DNA of 64,000 bases from an archaeon (GTDB taxonomy: Archaea > Nanobdellota > Nanobdellia > Woesearchaeales > SM23-78), in assembly GCA_043801165.1 (NCBI GenBank), contig JAZDMG010000028.1, forward strand, positions 10,988-74,987, in the 5' to 3' direction. The translations under genes and the position numbers were made by a program. The notes under the pieces are model-generated. The model searched no databases and had not been told where the DNA came from. It was given only the letters and a program-made list of their open reading frames with translations. Below are positions 7,689-17,147 of this stretch, one piece after another; the stretch's first letter is position 1, and every line of letters begins with the position of its first letter.

Positions 7689-10100
7689 TCATTCCTTGCT
7701 CAGCTCAGTAATCAGGAATATGAACTCCGAGAGGAAGTTGTTCTTTTCCTCGTCAGGGATGAATGTATCCAGCAGAAGCCTATCTGATTTCTTGTAGAAT
7801 CCTAACAGCAGGACCTTGAGCAGCACAGGCACTCTTGATTCCTTTGCTTTGGAATAGAAGGCTGCATCATCGAATTGGTCAGGCAGCTTGAATATTGAGG
7901 CGTAAATGCTCACTATGGCTGAATGCATCTCTTTGGGGGCGACATTGGTCCTGTTGCTTAAGCCGATCAGCTCTTCCCTATAGCTCTTGAACTCCTCTGG
8001 ATTCATCAACTGCTTCCTGCGCCCCAGAATTTTTATGACCCGACACTTCCTGCAGAACCTGTTCAGCCCAATCATCAGCATGAAGAATTTATTGTTGTCA
8101 TATAATCGTTTTGCGTACTGCGGCCTTGCAAAAACCAAGAATACATAGAACAAGAACACTCCCATTGTTATCAAGAGAATCAAGCCGAGCATGACGAACC
8201 CTAATATATAAGCCTTGAATAAATCAGCGAATGCACATTTCCTGCATGGTCCACCACAATCGGTGAATCTCTCTCCGCCGTTCTTCTTTCCATCGTCACA
8301 GGACGGGCAAGGCGCACATTTTCCGCCGCAATCAACTCCCTCTTCTCCCTGGTTCTGCAGCCCATCCGAGCAATTGCCACAGAGCTTCGGGCATGGGCCC
8401 TCGCAATCAATGCCTTTTTCTCCCTGGTTTCTCACATTATCATGGCATGATGCAAAGGTGCACATCTTGCTCCTGCAGTCAAGGCTCTCACAATCACGGC
8501 CATATTTACAGCTCTGGTTGCCCTGGCATTTTTTGCAGGAGCCGCCGCAGTCAACATCGCTCTCATTCTGGTTGAGCATGCGATCAGAGCAGCTGGGACA
8601 TGGGACACAGGGACCACCACAATCAACCTCTCCCTCACCTTGGTTCTGGATCTTGTCAGAGCAGCTGGGACATGGGACACAGGGACCACCACAATCAACC
8701 CCAGTCTCTATGCCATTCTTGATGCTGTCATTGCATGACGCAGAGTAGATGCACTGTTTTATCTCATCTGGTTTTGTCCTGTTGTCATCGCAGTCTGACA
8801 TATCATTGCATCTTCTCATCTGGAATCCCAGAGGCATGCAAGCCCCCCAAGCAGTGCAGTTCCAGTCAGGCCTGCAACCTTCAAGGTCTCCCTCGCAAAG
8901 GCCGCAGTCAAAAGAGCAGGTGGTGCAATTCTCCCCTTGACCGCAGAAATAATTTCCGCAGAACTCCTCGATGCTCATGTTGCTGAATCGCTTTATGACC
9001 TGGGAATTTATGACATCAACCTTCACTATGTTGCTCTCGGCTGTCGCATTGAACATGTCGCTTGCGATGAAGACAAAATAGGCATATCCCAGGGTTCCTG
9101 TCATCGGATCAAAAAAGACAGTGCCATCCTTTGCAAAGCTCACCCTAATCTGCGCGTAGGCCACAACAAAATCATAGCTTGGCTGCACCTGCCTGAATCC
9201 GAAGAAGAGGCGCCCTCCGTCAGGGTCGCGTATATAATCATTAAGGTCATAGGCGCTTGCTCCTGTGTCGCTGAACAAGACAAACCCAGGCACTTCATGC
9301 ACCAATACAGGAGGCCTGTTGACCTTCAAAACCTGGAACTCCCACACCTGGACTGAAGAGAGATTGTAGGAGTCAGTTATGATCACAGTGATGTTATGCA
9401 CCCCGGAAACATTAAAACCAGGAGTGAACAGCAAAGAGCTCCTGCCAGCAGATCCAACAATAGGTTGTGAATCAAAAAGCCATTCATAGGTGACGGTCTC
9501 TTCCGGATCATCAAGCTCAACCTTGACCGAGAAATTTATCGTGGCTGTCTGGTTTGTGCCGAATTCATCCAGGGCAGGCTTGGCATCAACTATCTTTGGC
9601 CTGACAAACACCTCTAAAGTGACTATCGCGGTGTCTGCGCATGAGCCTTTTACAGCCACGACCGCGATTCGCGAAGAGCCTCTGTCAGATGATTTCGGTG
9701 TGAAATCAAGCACTCCATCTCTTGAAAGGTTTATCCCTGCAAGATTCCTGCCAAGCAAAGCATAGGAATATATCACGCCTGCTTCGCCCATGTTGCTGAG
9801 GTTGAAATCATAGCTGAAAGAGACATCTTCTTTTAGCACAAATCTCTCAGGAAAGATTATCTTTGGGGTGTTGGTGATATCACAGGCTCCCTGGACCTCT
9901 TGGCATAGGATGATGATTGCACTAATCATGATTATCGCTAGCCAGGCATTCCTGCCAGAACCACACGGATGGCATATCTCGCGGCCTAAAACACTCAACC
10001 TCTTCCCTCTGATTTTAAATTTGATTAATCGTTTATCATAACACGCCATTAGAAGTATAAAAATGTAGCTATTTTCAGGCACGGAACGACAGACGGCCAC
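7689..10100 (-). CDS. Type I membrane surface protein. It has an N-terminal signal (alternative start ATG at 9928, MISAIIILCQEVQGA), a cadherin-like region with DPDGG, six or more Cys-rich 24-aa repeats (DCGGPCVPCPSCSD...NQGE), one TM helix and a cytoplasmic tail of about 150 aa
   Basis: A hydrophobic N-terminus is present. The repeats have the form (V/I)DCGG(P/S/K)C.(P/K)C(P/Q)SC.D...NQ.E. The TM segment reads FKAYILGFVMLGLILLITMGVFLFYVFLVFA. Confidence 0.5.
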   Translation of the reverse strand: MAVCRSVPENSYIFILLMACYDKRLIKFKIRGKRLSVLGREICHPCGSGRNAWLAIIMISAIIILCQEVQGACDITNTPKIIFPERFVLKEDVSFSYDFNLSNMGEAGVIYSYALLGRNLAGINLSRDGVLDFTPKSSDRGSSRIAVVAVKGSCADTAIVTLEVFVRPKIVDAKPALDEFGTNQTATINFSVKVELDDPEETVTYEWLFDSQPIVGSAGRSSLLFTPGFNVSGVHNITVIITDSYNLSSVQVWEFQVLKVNRPPVLVHEVPGFVLFSDTGASAYDLNDYIRDPDGGRLFFGFRQVQPSYDFVVAYAQIRVSFAKDGTVFFDPMTGTLGYAYFVFIASDMFNATAESNIVKVDVINSQVIKRFSNMSIEEFCGNYFCGQGENCTTCSFDCGLCEGDLEGCRPDWNCTAWGACMPLGFQMRRCNDMSDCDDNRTKPDEIKQCIYSASCNDSIKNGIETGVDCGGPCVPCPSCSDKIQNQGEGEVDCGGPCVPCPSCSDRMLNQNESDVDCGGSCKKCQGNQSCKYGRDCESLDCRSKMCTFASCHDNVRNQGEKGIDCEGPCPKLCGNCSDGLQNQGEEGVDCGGKCAPCPSCDDGKKNGGERFTDCGGPCRKCAFADLFKAYILGFVMLGLILLITMGVFLFYVFLVFARPQYAKRLYDNNKFFMLMIGLNRFCRKCRVIKILGRRKQLMNPEEFKSYREELIGLSNRTNVAPKEMHSAIVSIYASIFKLPDQFDDAAFYSKAKESRVPVLLKVLLLGFYKKSDRLLLDTFIPDEEKNNFLSEFIFLITELSKE
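8585..8700. repeat. Tandem 72-bp near-identical DNA repeat inside the surface protein gene, encoding the CGGPCVPCPSCSD units. More degenerate copies lie at about 8260-8580
   Basis: The block cagagcagctgggacatgggacacagggaccaccacaatcaacc occurs at 8585 and again at 8657. Confidence 0.8.
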
Positions 10101-10185
10101 GGCCGTCTTTGATAAAAATCCAAAACATTAATAAATGCTTCTGACCATTAGCAGATAAAAGGGAGATTTAAGAGGTGAGCGAGGA

Positions 10186-12960
10186 GTGTACTATCATAAT
10201 ATGACTTCTAAAGAGACCATCGCCGCTCTCGCAAGCTCATTAGATTCTGGATTGAGTTCGCCAGAGGCAGAGGCCAGGCTTGCAAAGTTCGGAAAGAACC
10301 GCCTTGAGATATCAAAGAAGATCACCATCTGGCACAGGCTCTTCAGCCAATTCAAGGAGCTGATGATCATAATCCTGATAATAGCAGGAGTGATTGCCGT
10401 CATAGCCAATGAGACCTTTGATGCTTCAATAATCTTTTTTATAGTCTTTGTCAACGCCCTCATCGGTGTTATCCAGGAATACAGAGCTGAGAAAGCTGTG
10501 GACGCCTTGAAAAAGATTATGTCATTGCAGGCAACTGTTATGCGGGATGGCATAGAGCGGATTATAGATGCAGATAATCTTGTCCCGGGAGACATAATCA
10601 TCCTTGAAGAGGGATCAAAGATTCCGGCTGACGCCAGGATACTTGAATCGGCCATGCTCAAAGTGGATGAGGCTATCCTGACAGGAGAGAGCGTTCCGAG
10701 GAACAAGAGCGAGAATGCCATAAAAGAGACAGAAATCGCCCTTGTAGACAACGATAACATACTATTCGCCGGCACAGTCATAAGCAGCGGCAGATGCAAA
10801 GCGATTGTCCTTGAGACTGGCATGAAAACTGAGTTTGGAAGAATAGCAGACTTGACATCTGAGATCAGGGATGAAAAAAGCCCGCTCCAGAAAGAGATGG
10901 CCAAGGCAGGAAAATTGATAGCAAAAGCTGTCCTGCTGATATGCGTGCTTGTTTTTGTGATTGGATTGCTCAAGGGAAAAGAAATCTTTGAGATGTTCCT
11001 TTTCACAATAAGCCTGGGAGTGGCAGCGGTTCCTGAAGGGCTTCCAACCACGATGACGATAGCCCTAGCCCTTGGGGTGCAGAAAATGGCAAAGAAAAAA
11101 GCCATTGTGCGTAACCTATCAAGCGTCGATACGCTCGGGAGCATCACAGTCATATGCACTGATAAGACTGGAACGCTCACAAAGAACGAAATGACAGTAA
11201 AGCAGATCTTTGTCAACAACAGGCACATCGATGTCGGCGGAGAAGGATACTCACCTGAAGGAAAGTTCATGCTTGGAAGCTCAGAGTACACGAATAAAGG
11301 CCTTATAGGCCTCCTTAGGACAGGGATGCTCTGCAACAATGCATATGTCAGGAACGAATCTGGCAGATGGACTATGATAGGCGACACCACCGAGGGAGCG
11401 CTTGTTGTGAGCGCAGAAAAGGCAGGCCTCAGGCACAAGGAGACGTGTGAAGCATATCCGCGCATATACGAGATCCCCTTCAGCAGCAACAGGAAGATGA
11501 TGATAACGATACATTCATCCTCCTGCAAAAGCAAGCGTAAAGATATAGTCGCATACATGAAAGGCGCGACAGGCGTTGTGGTTGACAAATGCTCGTTCAT
11601 AGAGATTGATGGCAAGATCAAGAAGCTGTCCTTCAGTGAGAAAGAGAAGATCAAGATGACAACCAGGAACATGTCAGAGGAAGCCATGAGAGTCCTTGCT
11701 TTTGCCTATAAGAAGCTGAAAGGCAAGGAATCAAAGGATTTCAAGTATCTGAAAGAGGAGGGTTTCGTCTTCCAAGGCCTGCAGGGGATGATGGATCCGC
11801 CAAGGGCAGAGATAAAGGATGCTGTGGCGAAGTGCAGGACGGCCGGCGTAAGGATATTTGTCATCACCGGAGACCATGGGCTGACCGCGAGGGCGATCGC
11901 GAAACAGGTCGGGCTTGCCACTGGGTCTACAAAGATAATCACAGGCCTTGAGCTCGATAAGATGAGCGAAGACGAATTGACCGCAGCCCTGAAGGAAGAG
12001 GTTATATTCGCGAGGGTGACTGCCGAGAACAAGATGAGGGTGGTAAACAGCCTTATGAAAAAAGGGGAGATAGTGGCTGTGACAGGCGACGGAGTGAATG
12101 ATGCGCCGGCAATAAAGAGGGCCAACATCGGGATTTCCATGGGCATAACAGGCACAGAAGTCAGCAAGGAAGCGAGCAAGATGATACTTGCCGACGACTC
12201 ATTTGCCACGATAGTCAACGCCATGGAGGAAGGGAGGACTATATTCGACAACATAAAGATATTCATAAAATACCTTTTCATGGGGAACGCAGTAGGCATA
12301 TTGTCCATATTTTTCACAATGATAGTCGGCCTTCCGCTTCCGTTCTTCGCATTTCATATTCTGTGGTTCAATCTCCTGACTGAGACATTACCGTCAATCG
12401 CCTTGACTAAAGAGCCGCCTGAGCACGACATCATGAGCAGGAAACCAAGAGGCAAGTCAGAGAGCATACTGACAAGGAAAGACTTTTCAGAGATAATATT
12501 CAATGCGCTGATAATGACCGTCGGAGTTCTCTGCGTATTCTACTACGGGCTGGTATCAAAGGGATGGAATGCAGGAGATATCATCAGCGGAGGGGCAAAC
12601 CCTTACTATTATGTCTACGCAACAACACTCGCATTTACAACTCTGGTCCTATACCAGCTGTTCAATGTATTCAACATAAAATCTCCGAGAAAGACAATAT
12701 TCTTTGAGGAGCTCTTAAACAACAGATGGCTTTTGTTCGCGACAGCAATCTCAATCATGCTGCAGATAGCAGTGGTCAACACGACATTCTTGAATAAGGT
12801 CTTCAGCACAGCTCCGCTGAGCCTGACTGATTGGGCAATATCAGTCATGATCGCCTCATCAATAATCTGGATCAGCGAAGGATACAAGATAGTTCTCAGG
12901 ATCAATGAGAAAAGAAAAACAACCGCCATAAGGCATTCTCCATCAGCCGCGCCAAAATAG
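10186..12960 (+). CDS. P-type cation-transporting ATPase, type IIA (Ca2+/SERCA-like)
   Basis: The phosphorylation motif VICTDKTGTLT, the PEGLP motif, the hinge VTGDGVNDAPAIKRANIGISMG and 10 predicted TM segments are present. The start may be ATG 10201 (MTSKE). Confidence 0.9.
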   Translation: MYYHNMTSKETIAALASSLDSGLSSPEAEARLAKFGKNRLEISKKITIWHRLFSQFKELMIIILIIAGVIAVIANETFDASIIFFIVFVNALIGVIQEYRAEKAVDALKKIMSLQATVMRDGIERIIDADNLVPGDIIILEEGSKIPADARILESAMLKVDEAILTGESVPRNKSENAIKETEIALVDNDNILFAGTVISSGRCKAIVLETGMKTEFGRIADLTSEIRDEKSPLQKEMAKAGKLIAKAVLLICVLVFVIGLLKGKEIFEMFLFTISLGVAAVPEGLPTTMTIALALGVQKMAKKKAIVRNLSSVDTLGSITVICTDKTGTLTKNEMTVKQIFVNNRHIDVGGEGYSPEGKFMLGSSEYTNKGLIGLLRTGMLCNNAYVRNESGRWTMIGDTTEGALVVSAEKAGLRHKETCEAYPRIYEIPFSSNRKMMITIHSSSCKSKRKDIVAYMKGATGVVVDKCSFIEIDGKIKKLSFSEKEKIKMTTRNMSEEAMRVLAFAYKKLKGKESKDFKYLKEEGFVFQGLQGMMDPPRAEIKDAVAKCRTAGVRIFVITGDHGLTARAIAKQVGLATGSTKIITGLELDKMSEDELTAALKEEVIFARVTAENKMRVVNSLMKKGEIVAVTGDGVNDAPAIKRANIGISMGITGTEVSKEASKMILADDSFATIVNAMEEGRTIFDNIKIFIKYLFMGNAVGILSIFFTMIVGLPLPFFAFHILWFNLLTETLPSIALTKEPPEHDIMSRKPRGKSESILTRKDFSEIIFNALIMTVGVLCVFYYGLVSKGWNAGDIISGGANPYYYVYATTLAFTTLVLYQLFNVFNIKSPRKTIFFEELLNNRWLLFATAISIMLQIAVVNTTFLNKVFSTAPLSLTDWAISVMIASSIIWISEGYKIVLRINEKRKTTAIRHSPSAAPK

Positions 12961-13064
12961 GATTCTTCTGCGATCAAGGCGCGCCCGGGATATGAACCAT
13001 AAAAGGAAGCATAACCCTGCTTATTCTCATAACATTTTAAAACACCAGGATAAAATAAGGTGGA

Positions 13065-14771
13065 ATGGAGAATGATTTTTTCAAGGACATCATCGATTAC
13101 GTCAAGCAGGAGAAGCCAAGCAAGGATAAGCTCTCAAAAGAGAAGATAAGGCTCTGCTCAAAGCATCACCTGAAAAAGATTCCAACTGATATAGAGATCC
13201 TTCTGCAGGCAGAAGAGCAGGATTTGACTGTCCTAAGGAGATATCTCCAGACAAAGCCGACAAGGACCATGAGCGGTGTGGCAGTTGTCGCGATAATGAC
13301 CAAGCCATTCCCGTGCCCACACGGAGCATGCGCCCAGTGCCCCGGAGGGGTGAAAAGCTTTTTCGGAGATGTGCCCCAGAGCTATACTGGCAAGGAGCCG
13401 GCCACCCTGCGGGCCATAAGAAATAACTATGACCCTTACCTACAGATATTCAACAGGCTTGAGCAATATGTTGTCCTTGGCCAGAATCCTGACAAGGTAG
13501 AGCTGATAATCATGGGAGGGACATTCCCTAGCTTCCCAGCAGATTATCAGGATGAATTCGTGACCCTGGCGTTCAAGGCCATGAATGATTTCTCAACTCT
13601 GTTCTATGGCAAGAGCGGTGGGCGCAATGGCGGTGAGCTAGATATCATGAGATTCAAGGAATTCTTTGGATTGCCTGGCGCAGTAGGCGACAGGCAAAGG
13701 GTAGAGAGCATACAAAAGAGGCTCAGCATCCTGAAGGCAAAAGGACAGAAGACACTTGAGCAGGAGCAGCGCCAGAACGAGAAGGCAAGCATACGCTGCG
13801 TTGGCCTTACCATCGAGACAAGACCAGACTATGCAAAGCTTGAGCACGCCAACAATATGCTGAGGCTCGGATGCACCCGCGTAGAGCTAGGGGTGCAGAG
13901 CATCTATGACGAGGCGCTTACACGGATAAACAGGGGGCATGATGTCGCAGAATCAATCAATGCCACAAGGACGCTCAAGGACCTTGGATTTAAGATAAAC
14001 TATCACATGATGCCAGGGCTTCCTGGAGTGAGCTATCTGCAAGACCTCGAGGGGTTGCGGCAGCTGTTCACCAACCAGAATTTCAAGCCAGACATGCTGA
14101 AGATATATCCCTGCATGGTGTTGAAAGGGACGAAACTTTTCTTGGATTGGCAGGCAGGCCGCTTCAAGCCATTGACGACAGAGCAGGCAGCCCGTCTGAT
14201 AATTGAATTCAAAAAAGATGTTCCTGAATACGTCAGGATAATGAGAGTGCAGAGGGACATTCCTACAAAGATGACAGAAGCAGGCGTCGACAGGACCAAT
14301 CTGCGGCAGCTGATCGAAGAGAGGATGAGCGAGCACGGAGTGAAATGCAGGTGCATAAGATGCCGAGAGATAGGGCTTGAGAAGATCAAGGGCAGGATAA
14401 AGCTCAAGGTGCAGGAATACGAAGCATCCCACGGAGAAGAATTCTTCATCAGCCTAGAGAACAATGATGCGCTCATAGGATTCTGCAGGCTGAGGTTTCC
14501 CTCGCAAAGCCTGCGAAAAGAGATAGCTCCTGATTCTGCATTGATAAGGGAGCTCCATGTCTACGGCAGCGCAGTGCAGATAGGCTCCAAGGGAAAAGTC
14601 CAGCACAGAGGATTCGGCAAAAGGCTCTTAGCTGAAGCCGAGCGCATCGCAAGGAAAGAAGGCAGGAAGAAGATGGTCATCATCAGCGGAGTAGGAGTTC
14701 GGGAATACTACCGAAAGCAAGGCTACAAAAGAGAAGGGCCTTATATGGTGAAGAAGATTAACAAAAGATAA
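13065..14771 (+). CDS. elp3: Elp3-family radical SAM / GNAT protein (archaeal elongator Elp3 homologue, tRNA U34 modification)
   Basis: The Cys cluster FPCPHGACAQCPGG, a radical-SAM core and a C-terminal GNAT ending ...GVGVREYYRKQGYKREGPYMVKK are present. Confidence 0.8.
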   Translation: MENDFFKDIIDYVKQEKPSKDKLSKEKIRLCSKHHLKKIPTDIEILLQAEEQDLTVLRRYLQTKPTRTMSGVAVVAIMTKPFPCPHGACAQCPGGVKSFFGDVPQSYTGKEPATLRAIRNNYDPYLQIFNRLEQYVVLGQNPDKVELIIMGGTFPSFPADYQDEFVTLAFKAMNDFSTLFYGKSGGRNGGELDIMRFKEFFGLPGAVGDRQRVESIQKRLSILKAKGQKTLEQEQRQNEKASIRCVGLTIETRPDYAKLEHANNMLRLGCTRVELGVQSIYDEALTRINRGHDVAESINATRTLKDLGFKINYHMMPGLPGVSYLQDLEGLRQLFTNQNFKPDMLKIYPCMVLKGTKLFLDWQAGRFKPLTTEQAARLIIEFKKDVPEYVRIMRVQRDIPTKMTEAGVDRTNLRQLIEERMSEHGVKCRCIRCREIGLEKIKGRIKLKVQEYEASHGEEFFISLENNDALIGFCRLRFPSQSLRKEIAPDSALIRELHVYGSAVQIGSKGKVQHRGFGKRLLAEAERIARKEGRKKMVIISGVGVREYYRKQGYKREGPYMVKKINKR

Positions 14772-14789
14772 TTGATTTACTGCAAGCGC

Positions 14790-15314
14790 TTATCTCTCAG
14801 TGATTATCCTTTTGACGTCGTACTCTCCGCGCCCTGAAAAGAACATCCTCATCTTGACAAGCTCATAGAACTCATCAAGCCCATTAAGATAAGGGCTCCA
14901 TAACCTGATCTCAGAAATAGCATTTTGCGGATCATCAGACCTGTGAAGGACGTTGCGCACAGCCTTATCCTCAAGAGTGGCTATCTCCCTGGAATCATTG
15001 CTGAACCTATGCCTGACTGTGCGCGGCGCGGCAAGATTAGGAAAGGTGTTTCCGATTTCATCCATGAATTCCTGGATAATATTCTCTCCTTCATAAATAG
15101 CACCAACAACAGGCAGGCCAGTAAACTGCTTTAATAGCCTAGGATAATGGCTTTGTCCCAGATGCACGGCATAGTGCTTCTCGATAAGTTCCCTTGGAAC
15201 ATGGGCTATATAGCCATCCTTCACCCTCGTCCCGATCTTGTCCAGCTCGTAGAGCAGCTGGAATGCGAAAGGCACATGCTCTGGCTTCACCAAGATAAGA
15301 GTCTGTTCAATCAT
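14790..15314 (-). CDS. ndk: Nucleoside diphosphate kinase-like protein
   Basis: TLILVKPEHV resembles the NDK N-terminal strand. The region NVLHRSDDPQNAISEIRLW aligns to the NDK NIIHGSDS..A..EI..WF, with HRSD where HGSD is usual. Confidence 0.55.
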   Translation of the reverse strand: MIEQTLILVKPEHVPFAFQLLYELDKIGTRVKDGYIAHVPRELIEKHYAVHLGQSHYPRLLKQFTGLPVVGAIYEGENIIQEFMDEIGNTFPNLAAPRTVRHRFSNDSREIATLEDKAVRNVLHRSDDPQNAISEIRLWSPYLNGLDEFYELVKMRMFFSGRGEYDVKRIITER

Positions 15315-15478
15315 GACTCTGGAGTGGATGCATAATTTATAAATGTTTAGAAACTAGAGAAGGTCATGACATCATCGGCACAAAAATATCCACCAGAACT
15401 ATACCCGACGGAGATCTCATCTCATCCACGCAAATTATTCGCGCTACATAAACATGTAATGAAGCGATTAGAAAACTT

Positions 15479-16900
15479 CTAATTCACATTTCTGCAAGTG
15501 CCATCGTGATATAAATACATATTCACAGAACAGGTCACACATTTCGCTCGGTAACATATCGCAGTTGAATCTGCACAATATCCAGAACCACAAGGTTCGT
15601 GACAATATCCATCAGTTCCAACGACGTATCCTGCATCTGAACATCTCGAATCACCACTGCCAGTTTGCCTTGTTTCACAATAGAAATTATTACAAATATC
15701 ATAACAGCCGCCATCATTTCCTAAAATTTGTGTTTTATCGCAATATGCATAGCATTTTCCATTTAAATAATAAGAACCCTCTGAACAATAAATGAATTGT
15801 TCATTCGCAATGGAGTTAAATGCTATTGCCATGTGATTCTGATTAGTATTTGATATCCAAGTGTTTATTCCCACTAAATTCCCATTTTTATCGAAAAGTC
15901 CTCCCCCGCTACTTCCAAAATAAGTATATGCATCGGATTCAATGGTTTTAAAGGACTTTCCAGTAGATTGTGATAGAACATCTTTAATATTATTAATTGC
16001 TCCTTCGCTTACTGAGAATTCCACAACATTTTGAGCATAAGAAGGATATCCTACCGCAGTTACTTCATCATTAATATTGAAATCAGGAGTATAACTTGCG
16101 GATTCATAATCTGAAGCTCGAGATGTTTTTATGGTTAACACAGCTAAATCAATATCAGACTCACTGAACGAAACCTTATCAACTGCGTAAATGTTTCCGT
16201 CTTGTGTTCTTACACTAATTTTTTCAGAAATTCTTTGATAACAATTTAGTTCATTGTAGTTACAATCAACGACGTGCCTATTTGTATAAACGGTCAGCTC
16301 CTCATTTTCATTAGAAGTAATGACGCCCGAACCAGTGCCTCCATTAGAAAAATAGGTACCATCAGCATTTCTTCCAACAATTTCATATTTTACCCACACA
16401 ATCGTGTTTTTTATATTGTCTAAAACATCATTTTTACATTTGCCACAATCCTGCGAACATGTAGAGCATGTCTCTCCATTATTGCAGTATCCATCTCCAC
16501 AATATAAACATCTGCCGCAATCAGCAGGGCAACTAGTGCAAGTTTCCGCAAATCCACAATATCCATTACCACAATATTCAGAACTTGTAATGGGCTCAAT
16601 ATTTGATACGGTCTCGAAGTTATTGACATCGGTCTCATTTGAAGGGTTTAATATACCAAAATACGCCAAAGTTCCTATAACTATTAATACGAATATATTC
16701 AATGCAAAAATTATACCCAAAACAATCAATATTTTCTTTAGAAGTTTACCTTTTCCACTTTTATGTATCTTATCAATTTCTTTCTGCCATCGTCCACCAT
16801 GCAATTTATAACACTTATCGCAAAGCATCGTATTGTCTTCAAAAGTCCAGAAAGTACTTGTTTTAGTTGTTCCACAATGACTACATTTGTCTTTTGGCAT
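15479..16900 (-). CDS. Membrane-anchored trypsin-like (S1/HtrA-type) serine protease. From the N-terminus it has a cytoplasmic Cys4 zinc ribbon, one TM helix, a Cys-rich extracellular module and the protease domain
   Basis: I chose the start at ATG 16900 (MPKDKCSHCGTTK...CDKC) so the gene does not overlap the tRNA. The TM reads ILIVLGIIFALNIFVLIVIGTLAYFGI. The His-box-like TNRHVV and Ser-box-like GSSGGGLF are present. Cys-rich CGxGYC repeats are present. Confidence 0.55.
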   Translation of the reverse strand: MPKDKCSHCGTTKTSTFWTFEDNTMLCDKCYKLHGGRWQKEIDKIHKSGKGKLLKKILIVLGIIFALNIFVLIVIGTLAYFGILNPSNETDVNNFETVSNIEPITSSEYCGNGYCGFAETCTSCPADCGRCLYCGDGYCNNGETCSTCSQDCGKCKNDVLDNIKNTIVWVKYEIVGRNADGTYFSNGGTGSGVITSNENEELTVYTNRHVVDCNYNELNCYQRISEKISVRTQDGNIYAVDKVSFSESDIDLAVLTIKTSRASDYESASYTPDFNINDEVTAVGYPSYAQNVVEFSVSEGAINNIKDVLSQSTGKSFKTIESDAYTYFGSSGGGLFDKNGNLVGINTWISNTNQNHMAIAFNSIANEQFIYCSEGSYYLNGKCYAYCDKTQILGNDGGCYDICNNFYCETRQTGSGDSRCSDAGYVVGTDGYCHEPCGSGYCADSTAICYRAKCVTCSVNMYLYHDGTCRNVN

Positions 16901-16984
16901 GTATACCCTCGACTTGGAATATTCGGTTCGATTTCCAACCGATGTATATATTACTTCGTTCGAATGCCCCTGCTGGGATTTGAA

Positions 16985-17087
16985 CCCAGCTCCCAAGCTC
17001 CGCAAGCTCGTATACTATTTGCTTTAGCAGCAGTTCTCTGCCGTTATCCAAGCTATACTACAGGGGCTTATGTACAGCGTTAGCGTG
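16985..17087 (-). tRNA. Intron-containing tRNA of 103 nt, tentatively tRNA-Arg (anticodon GCG), with a non-canonical intron of about 28-31 nt in the D-loop region
   Basis: On the minus strand the acceptor is GCCCCUG/CAGGGGC plus A, the T-arm is CUGGG-UUCAAAU-CCCAG and the anticodon arm is CGAGC-UUGCGGA-GCUUG. GUAU occurs twice, as D-stem strands with G-U pairs, flanking about 39 nt that is D-loop plus intron. Confidence 0.55.
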
Positions 17088-17147
17088 GGCTTATTTAAAA
17101 GCGTTTGGTATTAGAAATGTTTATAAAAGAGCAGTCAGTCATCAATA

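Noticed and set aside
8585-8700. Possibility that the near-identical 72-bp repeats are a CRISPR array
   Set aside because: There are only two good copies. They are directly adjacent with no unique spacers and are in frame within a coding sequence.
8215-8986. ORFs on the + strand inside the Cys-repeat surface protein gene (177 aa P/Q/S-rich, 83 aa)
   Set aside because: They are antisense readings of the 72-bp tandem repeats. Their repetitive low-complexity translation is an artefact of the repeat.
10194-12317. 497-aa and 203-aa ORFs antisense to the P-type ATPase
   Set aside because: The sense strand encodes a full-length ATPase with all catalytic motifs. The antisense products are featureless.
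16901-17005. N-terminal 35 codons of the protease ORF as given in the track
   Set aside because: They would overlap the tRNA gene on the same strand. The ATG at 16900 begins a clean Cys4 zinc ribbon.
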